Below are positions 22,274 through 34,000 of a DNA stretch of 39,962 bases, one piece after another. The stretch's first letter is position 1, and every line of letters starts with the position of its first letter. A model generated the notes under the pieces. That model was given only the letters and a program-made list of their open reading frames with translations, was not told the DNA's origin and did not search any database. The translations under genes and the position numbers were made by a program. This DNA comes from Lophium mytilinum (lineage: Eukaryota), in the NCBI GenBank assembly GCA_010093605.1, contig MU004200.1:744001-783962 (forward strand), written 5' to 3'.

Positions 22274-23564
22274 ATTTGCTCAAGGGATCCAATCTTGTGG
22301 TTCTGAAGCTCGAGTACGAAATCTCTTTCTCTTCAATGTTTGAAAACACAAGGAAAGCCATGACCCGGCTGCCACCACACCTATATCGAGACCGCATCAG
22401 AGCTCCTATGACGACAGGAACCCCATCACGCGGCACTATATCCAGATGCCATCATGATTCATATCCTATGGCAATTACCGCGTTCATCACGTTTACAGCA
22501 CACGTGTAATGTTCGGATCTCTGCGGGTTTCCCCTCCCATATCATGCTCGGGGTAGGCCGGACCTATCACCACATCAACACCACTCCAAACGGGCCTTTC
22601 CTTGTGCCACCATGCCAAATAGACTTTGATATTCTCGCCTTGCATGATGCCCGCGGACGAAACCATTTCGCTAGCGCTACGCTTTGTTGGCCAGCACCGA
22701 ACAGCCTCGTTTACGGCCGCCGTGCTAACGAAAAGTCCATGACGCCAACATCACCTCCTTGTTTCAAACACCTCTGCAGGATCCACTGAACTAACACTCC
22801 GAAGTTGCCGTTGAACCGGCTAGTAATGCTTGTCGATAGCATAAGCTTTCCAACTCCGTGACGCCTTAACCTTGTTTTGATGACTGGTGACCGGGGTTGG
22901 TAACGTTGATCACGGCTATCTCACGCGCACTGCCTCGCATACTTGAAGCTCCTCGGAAGACCTGACGATACTACAGAGTCTTGAGTCGAGATACGAAGTT
23001 TGGGATCTGCTACTTTGCTAGTACATGGATATATATGCTGCTACTATGTGATTCGTACAGAGATATGTAATGGCGATAAGAAACCTGATGCATCGAAGAT
23101 CAACGTCGCGATAGAGAGACGCGTACTATACTAAGCTTAGAGCAAAAAAAAAACTTGTTTCTGTTCTGTTATTACTATCTGGAACAATCGGGGAAGCTTG
23201 GTGTTGTGGCTGTCAGCCCGGAAAAGTCGCCGTCATCTTGGAGTCCAGCTACAGCGTGCACGTCTTCTCTTTCCGTCATAAATCCTGATATCACGTGTGT
23301 GTGGTATCCCAGTGCCCTATGGCAGAATACTCCTTCGCAGAACTCAATGCTTTGTGGAATTACTTCATTTAGTCTTCGTTGCAGCGCTCCAGACTAGGTT
23401 CAGACCCTTAAGTCCTTTATCCAGATCGCCGGCTAGCAACCGTGGAATTGTAGCAAGAGGTAAGAAATGAAATGTTTAGAAAGAGAGAGTGACTGAGCGT
23501 TGAACGCAGTGGTTTAGATCATCCTGCGTTGATAAGATGAAGCCCATTTCAACCCATTCTTGAC

Positions 23565-25425
23565 TCATCTCTTGCCGCCTTCCCGACCAACCGCATCTCC
23601 CACTCCTAAGTAATTCCAGATAGTCCACCGCTCTCCTCCTAGAAGCCCCGCAAGCAGCCCAACCAAGAAAGCAAATACCGTGAACTGGTACCAACTAACT
23701 AGCGGCCCCGTCATCACTCTATCAATCTCCCGTCCTGTCTTCTTGGTCTCAAACTCGCCTGTCTTCCACGGCACCGCCATCTCATGATCCTCCAAAACCT
23801 GCCCCGCAACAATCTTACTGCCGGCAAGCACAATCGGCACACCAGTCCCGGGATGGGTACTTGCGCCCACAAAGTACAAACCCTTGATCTTCCGATGCTT
23901 CGTCCCAGGCCTGAAGCTCAGCACATTGAAGAACGAATGCGAGAGTCCTAGAATCGCGCCTTTATCGAGGTTAAAGGTAGACAGCCAGGTAGTTGGCGTA
24001 TTGACGCTTTCGTGGATGATCAGCGGGGCGAGATCGACGCCTGTGCGCGCCTGAATGGTGCCAATGACTGCTTCTCTGGCGGTTGCGAGCATAGTGGGCC
24101 AGTCCTGCGTGTTGCTTCCGTGCGAGGAGCTACCTTTGTGCTCGGTGGAGGTTGAGGAGATGAGATGGCCGACCGGAACGAGCACGACGACGGCGTCACG
24201 GCCGGTGGGGGCAGCGGTGGGGTCGATACGAGAAGGGACGTTGACGTAGAAAGAGGGGTGCGTGGGGATCAGATGTTCCTTGAAGATGGAGTCGAAGCTC
24301 GTGCGATAGGCGTCGGCGAGGAAGATGTTGTGGGCTGTAAGTGCAGGGACCTGGGTGGAGAGAGACCAGTAGAAAGAAATACTGCTACAGGAGGCTTTGC
24401 GAGTGGAGAGAGAAGCTGATTCAGATGTGCAATGGAGGAGGTTGTTGTAGGCGTAGACAAGGTCAGCGTTGCAAATTACGATGTCGGCTGTGAGGGTTGA
24501 GCCGTCGAGGAGGACAACGCCGGTGGCAGTGCGGCCATCGGGAGAAAGGCGGATGCGCGATATGGGGGTTGAAAGGAGGTATTCAACCCCTAGCTTTTTG
24601 CCAATATTTACGAGGCCCTCGACGACCTGTATCGTGTTAGTGATGTTGAAGATGCTGTTTCGGTGGTTCAGTGGCACCTTGTGAAATCCACCAATAGGAT
24701 ACCATATGCCTTCAGCGAGCTCCGTGTACTGCAGAAGACTATATGTCCCAGGGGCATCGAATGGACTCATCCCCATATACATGCTTCCGAACGTGAATAC
24801 TCGTCTAAGTCTCTCGGTCCAGAAATACTTCGACGCTCGGGAATAGATGCTCTCAAACGGATGCAATGCTAGCAGATGTCTAAGAAAGCTCGGCCTCGCC
24901 ATAGACATTAGGCCCGTGAAGTTCTTTCTTAACACGTGTGTGACGCTGAGCTCATAGTGGCGATGCGATTCTTGGAGGAAGCCTAGGTATCGGTCGAACC
25001 CATCTTTGCCCTCCCACTTTTCAATCTCAGTTTTCATGCGAGAGATGTCAGTGCTAAGTTCGAACGATTCGCCATCGCCGAACCAAATGTTGTAATTCGG
25101 TTCGCATTTGAGAAGCTTGATCCCTTCGGCTTCCATAGTTGTGTCAAGGTCGCGAAAAGCCTCTTCGAAAAGATGAGGAAGAAGTAGAAGCGACGGGCCT
25201 TGATCGAATCGCTAGATGCAGAATGTGAGACCTGGAAAATAGATTAGAAGTCTTGAGACTCACATATTCATCCCGATTAATTAACGAACATCGTCCACCT
25301 GTGAAGTTGTTCTTCTCCACGACGGTTACTCTGAACCCAGCCTTTGCAAGCCGTGCCGCTGTTGCAACTCCTCCAATACCAGCCCCAACGACGATCACGG
25401 TCCTCGACCCCTTCTTGGTGGCCAT
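23565..25425 (-). CDS. carB: Phytoene desaturase (CrtI/Al-1 family), ~585 aa (exons 25425-25264, 25211-24678, 24626-23565)
   Basis: FAD motif VIVVGAGIGG..EKN..TGGRCS, RFDQGPSLLL, SMYMGMSPFDAPGTYSLLQY and FVGASTHPGTGVP, plus a C-terminal hydrophobic helix. Confidence 0.96.
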
Positions 25426-25648
25426 AGTCTATTTGAGCGTTGAGAGTGTACATTTTGTCGTTGTGTTGCTGCGAAGTCATGACGTGGGAGGTCCACAAAG
25501 CTCGAGGTTGCCTCGGTTCAACTTGCACATTTTGTCCATAGAGATTGATTATTATGCACCGTACATGCAGTGTCATGAGCAACTCATGAGTGGCAATCGC
25601 TAATGAGTCTTCGAGTTCATTGTGATATCACTAGCAAGGTATTAAGTA

Positions 25649-27650
25649 TCAACCTCTCAAAGCTCGCCACGCCACTTTAATCCTCCTCAGCGTCGGCACA
25701 GTAGCTTTGCCAGCCTTCACTGTGTAGTGCTCCTCTCTCAAAACGCGGCCGATTTCCATGTAGCTCTCTACAGCCACTCTCATTGGCCCCCGTGTTTCTT
25801 GGGGTAACTTTTCGATAGCTCCCCGTGCTTCCTCATAGATCCTGAATGCTCTATCCAATAGCCGGGATCGAAGACGCTTGATCCCAAGGCTGTCAGGATC
25901 CTGAAGAACGTCCCGAGCGGTTAAGCCTTCCTCCTTAAGCCATTCTTGGGGCAGATAGACCCGGTTCATTCGTGCATCAACAGCAATGTCTCGCGCAATA
26001 TTCACGTACTGCAAAGCAACACCCGTCCGGGCTCCTGCGCTAAGGATTTCAGTTCGCTCAACTTCGTCAAGGCCGGTCTTGAAGTGATAGAAGACCAGCT
26101 GCAAGCACAGCATCGCCACCGTGCCAGCAACGCGACGGGCGTATGTCTCGAGGTCTCGTTCTGTTATTATTGGCCAATGCACGCTCTGTTCGCATGGAGG
26201 GGGATCTGCAAACTCCAAATCTTGTTTGAAGCCAAGGAGCATATCCTCAAAATGTTTCTTGGCCAGGAAACGGAGTGGTAATTGGGAAATTGCCTGGTTA
26301 CCGTCAGACAAATTGGGGATCGGGGCGCAAAAGTGTTCGCGGAATGATCGTACTACAGATGATGGGTAACGATGCCGATATTCTTCCCTAAGGAGGTCTT
26401 CCAGGTCGCGAATGGAAGCGTGTGCTTGCTTTGGTGTTGCAGCATCGTCGACCATGTCATCAGCAACTCGACACCAGGAGTATCTAGGGTTGTAAGTCAT
26501 AGCACTACGACAGGTGATCAGGCCGGCTTACAGCAGTAGTAGATCTACGCGTAACTTACCACTGAATGTGGAGCTAGCCAAATAGAAGCTGCGGCTCTTC
26601 CGCTTTAGCCTGTTCGCCGCGTCTTGTATACACAATAATCGTTTCTCATCGTAGTCAGTTGCGGAGAGCAGCAGGGCTTTCACCAAGAGTATTGGCGACG
26701 GTAAGGAAGGTACGTTCCGAAACGTATCTGGAAAGCTTTCCAGGACAGCAACCGCATTATCAAAGGCCAGAAGACCGAAAACGACTAGCGTGTTGGTGAT
26801 GAGAAAAAAGACCGCTTCTCTTGTCAATGTTAGTGGCCTAGGTCATCGCGGTAGAGAAAACAACCTACTCAATTTCAAGGCCGTCCCACAAGTGGACACC
26901 CAGCTTTGTTCCAGACGCTATAACCCAGGTGCCCCGTTGCAGGGCCAGAGTATCCACGTGCCAAAGGTACAGCGTTGGTATCAGGATGGGAAGGGCGGTA
27001 TTGATTAATGGTAGGCCAAGGATGAATTGGTATGCTAAACTCCAGAGAAGCAGCAAGAACGGTGCAGCCCAGAGCGCTATCAAGCCCATGTATGATGCCC
27101 TTCCATTATCTCTAATCATGCCAATGCTCGCGATGATCGCGCCTGCAAAGAACAACTGTCCCGCGATCCTACATAGCCGCCATGACGTGTTGTTTGAGAC
27201 CCGTCGACGCTTCAGTTTTGGCTCTGCTCGCAAATACGGTAGTTGGAATGTAGCTTTGCTAAGCATGAGGTAGAGGATCGAGGTTGTGTAGGTCTGGATG
27301 ACGAAGAAGAAGAGCTCTTCTGCGGGAATATCAAATAGCGTAGGCCCAATTATCACGTTCGAGGGGTATGTCCATATGCAATTACGGATTAAGTACGAGT
27401 CCCACGGAACGGTAGCAAGTACAGCAATCTATCGTAGTGAGCGCGTTGTTTTAGCATCTAAGCAGAGGTTCTCACTGTAACTAGGAACCCAATCTTGTAG
27501 AGGTCGAGTTTGGAAATAAGTGGTTGATAGAGCAGCGTGAGAAGTACTGCTGGTGGTATTGTGTACAACACGTGTCTGACGCGATGTAAGCGTAGTACTA
27601 AAGAACGAGGTAGGTGTAACAGCGTACACCATAGCATATTCGATCCCCAT
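25649..27650 (-). CDS. carRA: Bifunctional lycopene cyclase/phytoene synthase (Al-2/CrtYB), ~601 aa (exons 27650-27628, 27575-27476, 27428-26869, 26819-26532, 26483-25649)
   Basis: Cyclase motifs HVLYTIPP, PWDSYLIR, IPAEELFFFVIQT and IEEAVFFLITN; synthase motifs KSRSFYLAS, YSWCRVADDMVDD and LQYVNIARDIAVDA. Four canonical introns; exon sum of 1806 nt is in frame. Confidence 0.95.
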
Positions 27651-28195
27651 TGCACTCTTCTGGGCCGTACTCAGCCTATAGAATATGCGAAGAACGCGAC
27701 TTGACAAGCGGGGAACGCTCTCAACGGTCGAACAGCGGTCGGGACGAATTGGAGGATATGAGTAGGACAAAAGTCACGATAGGTAGCGTCATGGTGCCGA
27801 AGTGACAGCTGCAGCTCATGTGGGCCTTTCGTGGTGAGTAGTGGGAAGTGGTAGCGGCGTCTGAGCTTTAGCTGCGAGGGGCGCGAAGCCGCACTATCCC
27901 CGCCGGGTTCCTGACCAAAGTGACGGTTGGTGAAGTCATCGATCTCAGACCATGGCATTGTTCATGGGCCCCATGCTTTTCCTCGGACTAGAATGGCGCT
28001 TTTGACACAGAGTTAACCTTTGCCATGCCGGAGTCGTCGGCTGACTTCCATAACGCTTTTCCATGCCGTCATGGAGCTATCCGAGGCACAGCTTAGCATC
28101 TAGGTAGGATGCTTTCTTCTAAACTTTTTTGTACCCAGCTTTGCTCGTAATAGCTATTGACATTGAGAATGCGCCCGTGTCGCTGAACACCCAGA
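27651..28195. promoter_or_regulatory. Bidirectional carRA/carX promoter
   Basis: 545-bp divergent intergenic region, rich in CATG, with CGTCATG at 27787 and 28067. Confidence 0.65.
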
Positions 28196-30332
28196 ATGTC
28201 CTTGGATGGAACCAGAGGAAGTCGAGAAAAGCATCCGTATGTATTTCTTCCTCGCAGAAAATGGGTATCCTCTGATCATCGGTAGATACCTCTCTGGAAA
28301 TTTCGCCCCCATCCAGGAGACTTGGTCTGAAACACCGTGTAGCTATGTAGGGACTATTCCAGAAGCTTTGTTTGGCGGGGAATACATCAGAAATGGAGGA
28401 AACCCCGTCTCTAATAATGATCTCGGACGAGATGCACATTGGTTTGATGGCGACGGAATGCTCGCAGGAGTCATCTTCAAGAAGAACGAGAAACACGGAT
28501 CTATCACACCTCAATTCGTCAATCAATACATCTTGACAGACGTCTACTTATCCACCGTGGCCCACCCAAGTCTCAAAACACCAATTCTGCCAAGTATCAC
28601 CACGTTGGTCAACCCCATATCTACCCTCGTGTATATAATCTTTCGAATATTTCGGGCTGTTTTCTTAGTGTTTATATCCCATCTTCCGGGGTCACAGATT
28701 GCGATTAAAAAAATAAGCGTCGCGAATACCAGCATAATATACCACGATGGACGCGCATTGGCAACCTGCGAAAGCGGACCACCTATACGAATCCAGCTCC
28801 CTGGATTGGAGACCGTCGGCTGGTACGATGGTCTTCATGCGCAAGGAGAACCCAGAGCCGCGAAGGGTCCAAAGAGTGGAGGCGACCCAGCGCCGTTTGG
28901 GGGCTCAGGGATGCTCAGTTTCTTGAGAGAGTTCACGACGGGGCATCCCAAAGTCGACCCTGACACCGGAGAGATGATACTTTTCCACTGCACCTTTATT
29001 CCACCATATGTGCACTACTCCATCATCCCATCTACCCGCAACCCCAGCGTCGACATCTATCCTCATCATAGACTCCTTAACTCTCCGGTTCCTGGCATGT
29101 CTGGAGCGAAGATGATGCACGACTTCGGAGTATCCAGGACACACACGATCATAATGGACCTTCCACTGTCACTAGACCCTTTCAGCCTACTCAAAAACCA
29201 ACCCGTCGTGTCCTATGACCCTTCGAAGCCAGCCCGATTTGCCATATTCCCAAGACAGGACACTTCTAAGACTCGCTGGTTCGAGACTTCAGCTTGCTGC
29301 ATCTTTCACACCGCAAATGCCTGGGACACGGTTGATGCGAAGGGAGATGTCACCGCAGTGAACCTTCTCGCATGCCGTCTCACATCTGCCTCCCTCGTTT
29401 TCAGCGCTGGGAACATCGCGGCACCTCAGATCGTGAACTCCACCTACAGAGAAGAGCGCAAGCCAATTTCTTTTTTCGCGCCATACGACTATGATGAAGC
29501 CCTTACCAACCTTCCTATCTCTGATACCGCGGACCGAGACCTTGAAGGCGAACGGCAGCCACTTCTGGGTAAAACTTCGTCGAACTGCCGTACAGTCCCC
29601 GACCTCGACGACGAGGAACAATGCCGCCTTTACTACTACTCCTTCTCTCTCACTACCCCAGTTTCAACGATCACGAGACAATACGCTCTCTCTGCTATAC
29701 CTTTCGAATTTCCGACGCTGAATCCAGCCCGAGAAATGGGGGATGCTCGATTCATCTACGGTTGCAGCACTAGCACTTCGTCGTTTGGCGCGGCGCTTGG
29801 CCGAGCTACGAAGATTGATGTACTAGTGAAGATGGATGTTCATGCCTTGATTAGCGAAGGCGAAAAGAGGCCGCCGCGCAGCGTCACGGGGTGTGTAGAC
29901 AATCGAACGATCAAAGAAATAGTCGAGAGTGGGAATTTGAACGACGCTATCAAATGCTTCAAGATGCCCGAGGACTGGTACGCTCAAGAAGCCCGATTCG
30001 TCCCTCGCAACGCTGGGTCGTTAGACTGCGAGGAAGATGATGGATTCCTGCTCTTCTACGCTTTTGATGAGGGCCAATTGGACAAAGAAGGAGAGTGTGC
30101 ATCGAAAGCGGCCTCGGAACTTTGGATCATGGATGCGAGTGACTTCCGTAGCGTTTTGGCCAAGGTGAAGCTGCCGCAGCGGGTCCCGTATGGTTTACAT
30201 GGAAAATGGTTTTCGGAGGAGATGATACGGAGCCAGAGAGAGGTCGAAGAGGTTCGAAGGGTGCCGGATAAGAGTGACGGGAAGGGGTTTTGGGGGACGT
30301 TTAACCGGATGATGGTGAAGGCGGGCTGGTGA
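28196..30332 (+). CDS. carX: Carotenoid cleavage oxygenase (retinal-forming, RPE65 family), ~695 aa (exons 28196-28236, 28286-30332)
   Basis: Splicing the GTATGT..TAG intron 28237-28285 gives MSLDGTRGSREKHP|YLSGNFAP, restoring the conserved HPYL.GNFAP. Also HWFDGDGML and four candidate iron-binding His (TGHPK, MMHDF, IFHTAN, GLHG). Confidence 0.95.
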
Positions 30333-30912
30333 AGTGTTGCAATCCAAGCATTTATGTACATATATACCCTTACGCTTATATATACATTGTGGTCTAGAAA
30401 TAAAGGTCTAGTTGTGGACCTAGTCGTACCACAGCTTTGGCTGAGCGGTCTTTTGTAAATACAAAGGTACGCGCGCCCTTCGCACCCACTCAGAACGTTA
30501 TGAATTCTCAATCGTACCTCTTCCATACGCTTCATGATTAGAGGTCTGCTAATAGCCCAATGTAGCCGCTTATATGTCTAACGTGTATTTCCTAGAGTAG
30601 TAAATAATGCGTCGGCTAGGATATCCACTGTGTCTTGATCAATTGGCTATTCACCACTGCTCGAAGTAGCGCTAGCCGTCCGAACATAGGAATATCGGAT
30701 CATTGTTGCTGATCACGCCATGATCCTATTAGGCAGGAGGGGCGATGGCTGCCAAGGGATGGTTGCCTGCATCCGAGTTCGCCATTCACCTTGGTGACTC
30801 CGTCAACAGTACCCAACATACATGCGCTGGCTAGACACACCTCCATTATCACGCTCTTGTACGTCCTGGCCGGCGAGGCTGAGCTTCGAACCGGATCACT
30901 CTATTATTCTAA

Positions 30913-31005
30913 TCCAACAATCCTTCCTGTGCCCTGTTTTCCATTAGCATATTGGGCGTCCAACAATCCTTCCTGTGCCCTGTTTTCCATTAGCATATTG
31001 GGCGT
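30913..31005. repeat. Perfect 46-bp tandem duplication upstream of the ABC transporter
   Basis: TCCAACAATCCTTCCTGTGCCCTGTTTTCCATTAGCATATTGGGCG starts at 30913 and again at 30959. Confidence 0.97.
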
Positions 31006-31089
31006 TCTCAGAACAAGACGGCGACGCGGCTCGCTACGACAGCGGCTCCGGCTTGGATCCAAACCAGTCAACGTGCTTGAGTTTCCAAG

Positions 31090-34000
31090 ATGCCCTTTTC
31101 TACTGGCAAGGAGGACCTGCTCCAGCTGAATGGAAAGCAATTCGACTTTAACGTACAGTTCGAGCAGCTGTTCTTCTCCATCGTACCCTCAGTGTTGTTC
31201 ATCGTAACATCGTTATGGCGGACGGTCTCCCAAGCACGAAAGCCCATCCTGGTGAATGCTCCGCTTTTCCAGCTCATCAAAGTGGTAATTTCTCCCCCAA
31301 AATGTACCCGGTCCTGCCGGTATCATCCAAACGCGCTAATCAAACTTCTGCAGGGTGCTATCATAGCCGACGTCGCGCTTGAACTGGCACTCCTGGTCTT
31401 CGCTGCGGCTGGTTTCCTTCACGTAACTAGCATGTTCATAGCTGCCTCTGTTCTTAAACTTATGTCAGCTCTCCTAATGATAACGCTCAGTGTCGTTGAC
31501 CACAGTAGAAGCCCGAGGCCGTCTGTGATACTGGGTATCTACTTGTCTCTGACACTTCTCCTGGACGCGGCCCAGGCCAGAACGCTTTTCCTGACATCAC
31601 TTGGCAAGCCCGAGCTTACCTACAGCAGCATCTTCAGTGCTGCCATAGCCCTAAAAGCTGCAATATTGCTGTTGGAAGCCAAAGAAAAGTCCCCATGGGT
31701 ACGCTGGGACGAAAAAGAGCACAGCCCGGAGGAGACGAGTGGCATCTTTTCCCTTGGCGTCTTCTTCTGGCTTAATAAGATGTTCCTCTTGGGAAACAGT
31801 AAAATTCTGACCGTTGAAGACCTGTACCCCCTCGACAGCGCTTTCGACGCTAAGTCGCTCCACGACGAGTTTTCTAAGAACATGGATTACTCCAAACTAA
31901 AAGGCGATAAGTTTGGTCTAGCAAAGGTGCTCGTACGCACACTCAAAGTCCCTCTCCTCCTTCCCATCCTTCCACGCCTGGCGGTGCTAGGTTTCACGTT
32001 CTGTCAACCACTGTTTATGGAAAAGCTTTTAGAATACCTATCCCGGCCCGAGCTCGACGCGAATGTCGGATATGGATTCATCGGCGCTAGCTTGTTGATT
32101 TACGCGGGAATTGCTATCTCTTCGGCCTTATACTGGTACAGAAAAATCCGCGATAAATTGCCACCGAGATTTGCTACTTATGCGTTAGTTTAGGTACTTC
32201 CACAACCGAGCGCGTACTATGATCAGGACGATACTAGTCACCGAGATCTTCACCAAAGCCACGAGGGCTCGCATCGGAATTGCCGATGACAGTGCTGCGC
32301 TGACTTTAATAAGTACGGACATGGAGCGAATCAGGATTGGCTTGAGGTCTTTGCATGACATTTGGGCCGGCATGATACAGGCCGCTCTGGCTGCGTGGAT
32401 GCTGTCTAACCGACTTGGCGTGGTTTTTGTGGCACCCATCGGGCTTGTTACAACCTGCTTTATCGGTTTGGGGATCCTGATGAGCTTCGCAGGGGACTCG
32501 CAGAGAGCCTGGATGACAGGAGTCCAGAAGCGCGTTGGTCTCACGGCCACAGTCATCGCCAACATGAAGAACTTGAAGATATCTGGTCTCTCTGCTGCTA
32601 TCAGCAGCTTCGTGCAAAGGCTACGTGTCGAGGAACTAGCGGCGGGAGCCCGATTCCGCAAGGTATTCATCACTGCAGCTCTCTTTGGCTACATTCCGGA
32701 GCTAATCAGCCCGCCACTAACCTTCGCATTTACGCAACAAACATTGGATGCTTCAACAATGTTCACGTGTCTTGCTTTCCTTACGCTTTTGACCTACCCA
32801 CTGTTGCTGATCTTCGACTCCTCCCCTCAGCTCGTCTCTGGGCTAGCATGTTTGGGCCGAATTCAGGCTTTCTTGGAGTGCGAGACTCGCCATGATTTTC
32901 GCCAAGATCTTGCTGAAGTAAGGAACAAGGCAGAGAAGCCCCTAGATGACACCAAATCTTCGTCTGCTTCGTCATTGACCATCAGCAACGGAAGTTTCGG
33001 TTGGGAGGCCGGCAAGTTCGTCCTGCGGAACGTAAATACTCAAATCTCCAAGTCCTCGCTCACCATTGTCGTCGGACCCGTTGGCTCTGGCAAATCTACG
33101 CTCTGCAAAGCACTACTCGGAGAGATACCTTTTAGCGAAGGTAGCGTGACTTCAAGTAGGTTCGCTCACGTTGGATTTTGCGAACAGACGGCTTTTCTCC
33201 TGAACGGGTCGATCAGAGACAACATTGTGGGATTCTCCCCTTTCAACAACAAGAGATATGCCGAAGTCATCGATGCCACGGCTTTGAGCTTTGACCTTAC
33301 CACGTTGCCGCAAGGAGATCAAACAAATGTTGGATCTGACGGGATCACGTTATCAGGGGGCCAGAAACATCGCGTTTCTCTCGCTCGCGCTCTCTATCTG
33401 CAATCGGACTTGCTAATTCTCGACGATGTCTTCAGTGGTTTGGATGCCGATACCGAGGAACGGGTGTTTCAACGAGTCTTCGCGCCAGGTGGTCTGCTCA
33501 AACGACGACGCTCTACGGTCGTGTTGTGCACTCATAGCGTCAAACACCTGCCCGCAGCCGATAAAATTCTAGTACTTGAAGAAGGTGCCATTGTCGAGCA
33601 AGGTAGTTTTGGGGAATTGATGACGGGTCAAGGTTACGTTCAGCGTCTGAAGTTAAGGGGCTTTCCCGACAGTGATGCTTCGTCTGACGAAATCACTTCG
33701 GACCAGAGCGTGCAGGGATCGGCCCCACAACTACTCCATACGGCTACGACTGGCGTAGTCTCTCTTGCGCTGGACACCGATAAATCGCGGCAAGTTGGCG
33801 ATAAAACGGTATACAAGCATTACGTCAAAAGCATGGGCTTATGGCCAGCAGCATTCAGTCTGTTCTTCGCCATCCTTTGGGGTTTCTTCACGAACTTTCC
33901 ATCAATCTGTGAGTTAGCCTTGTCTTTGGACCGCAGAGTCTACATGGCTTGGCCTTTCAATGAAGAACAAGAGAGCCCGTTATGGAGTTTAGCGTAATGT

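Noticed and set aside
28206..28285. ORF-track N-terminus of CarX (MEPEEVEKSIRMYFF...) as the main start
   Set aside because: It runs through a canonical GTATGT..TAG intron; splicing from ATG 28196 restores the conserved HPYL.GNFAP.
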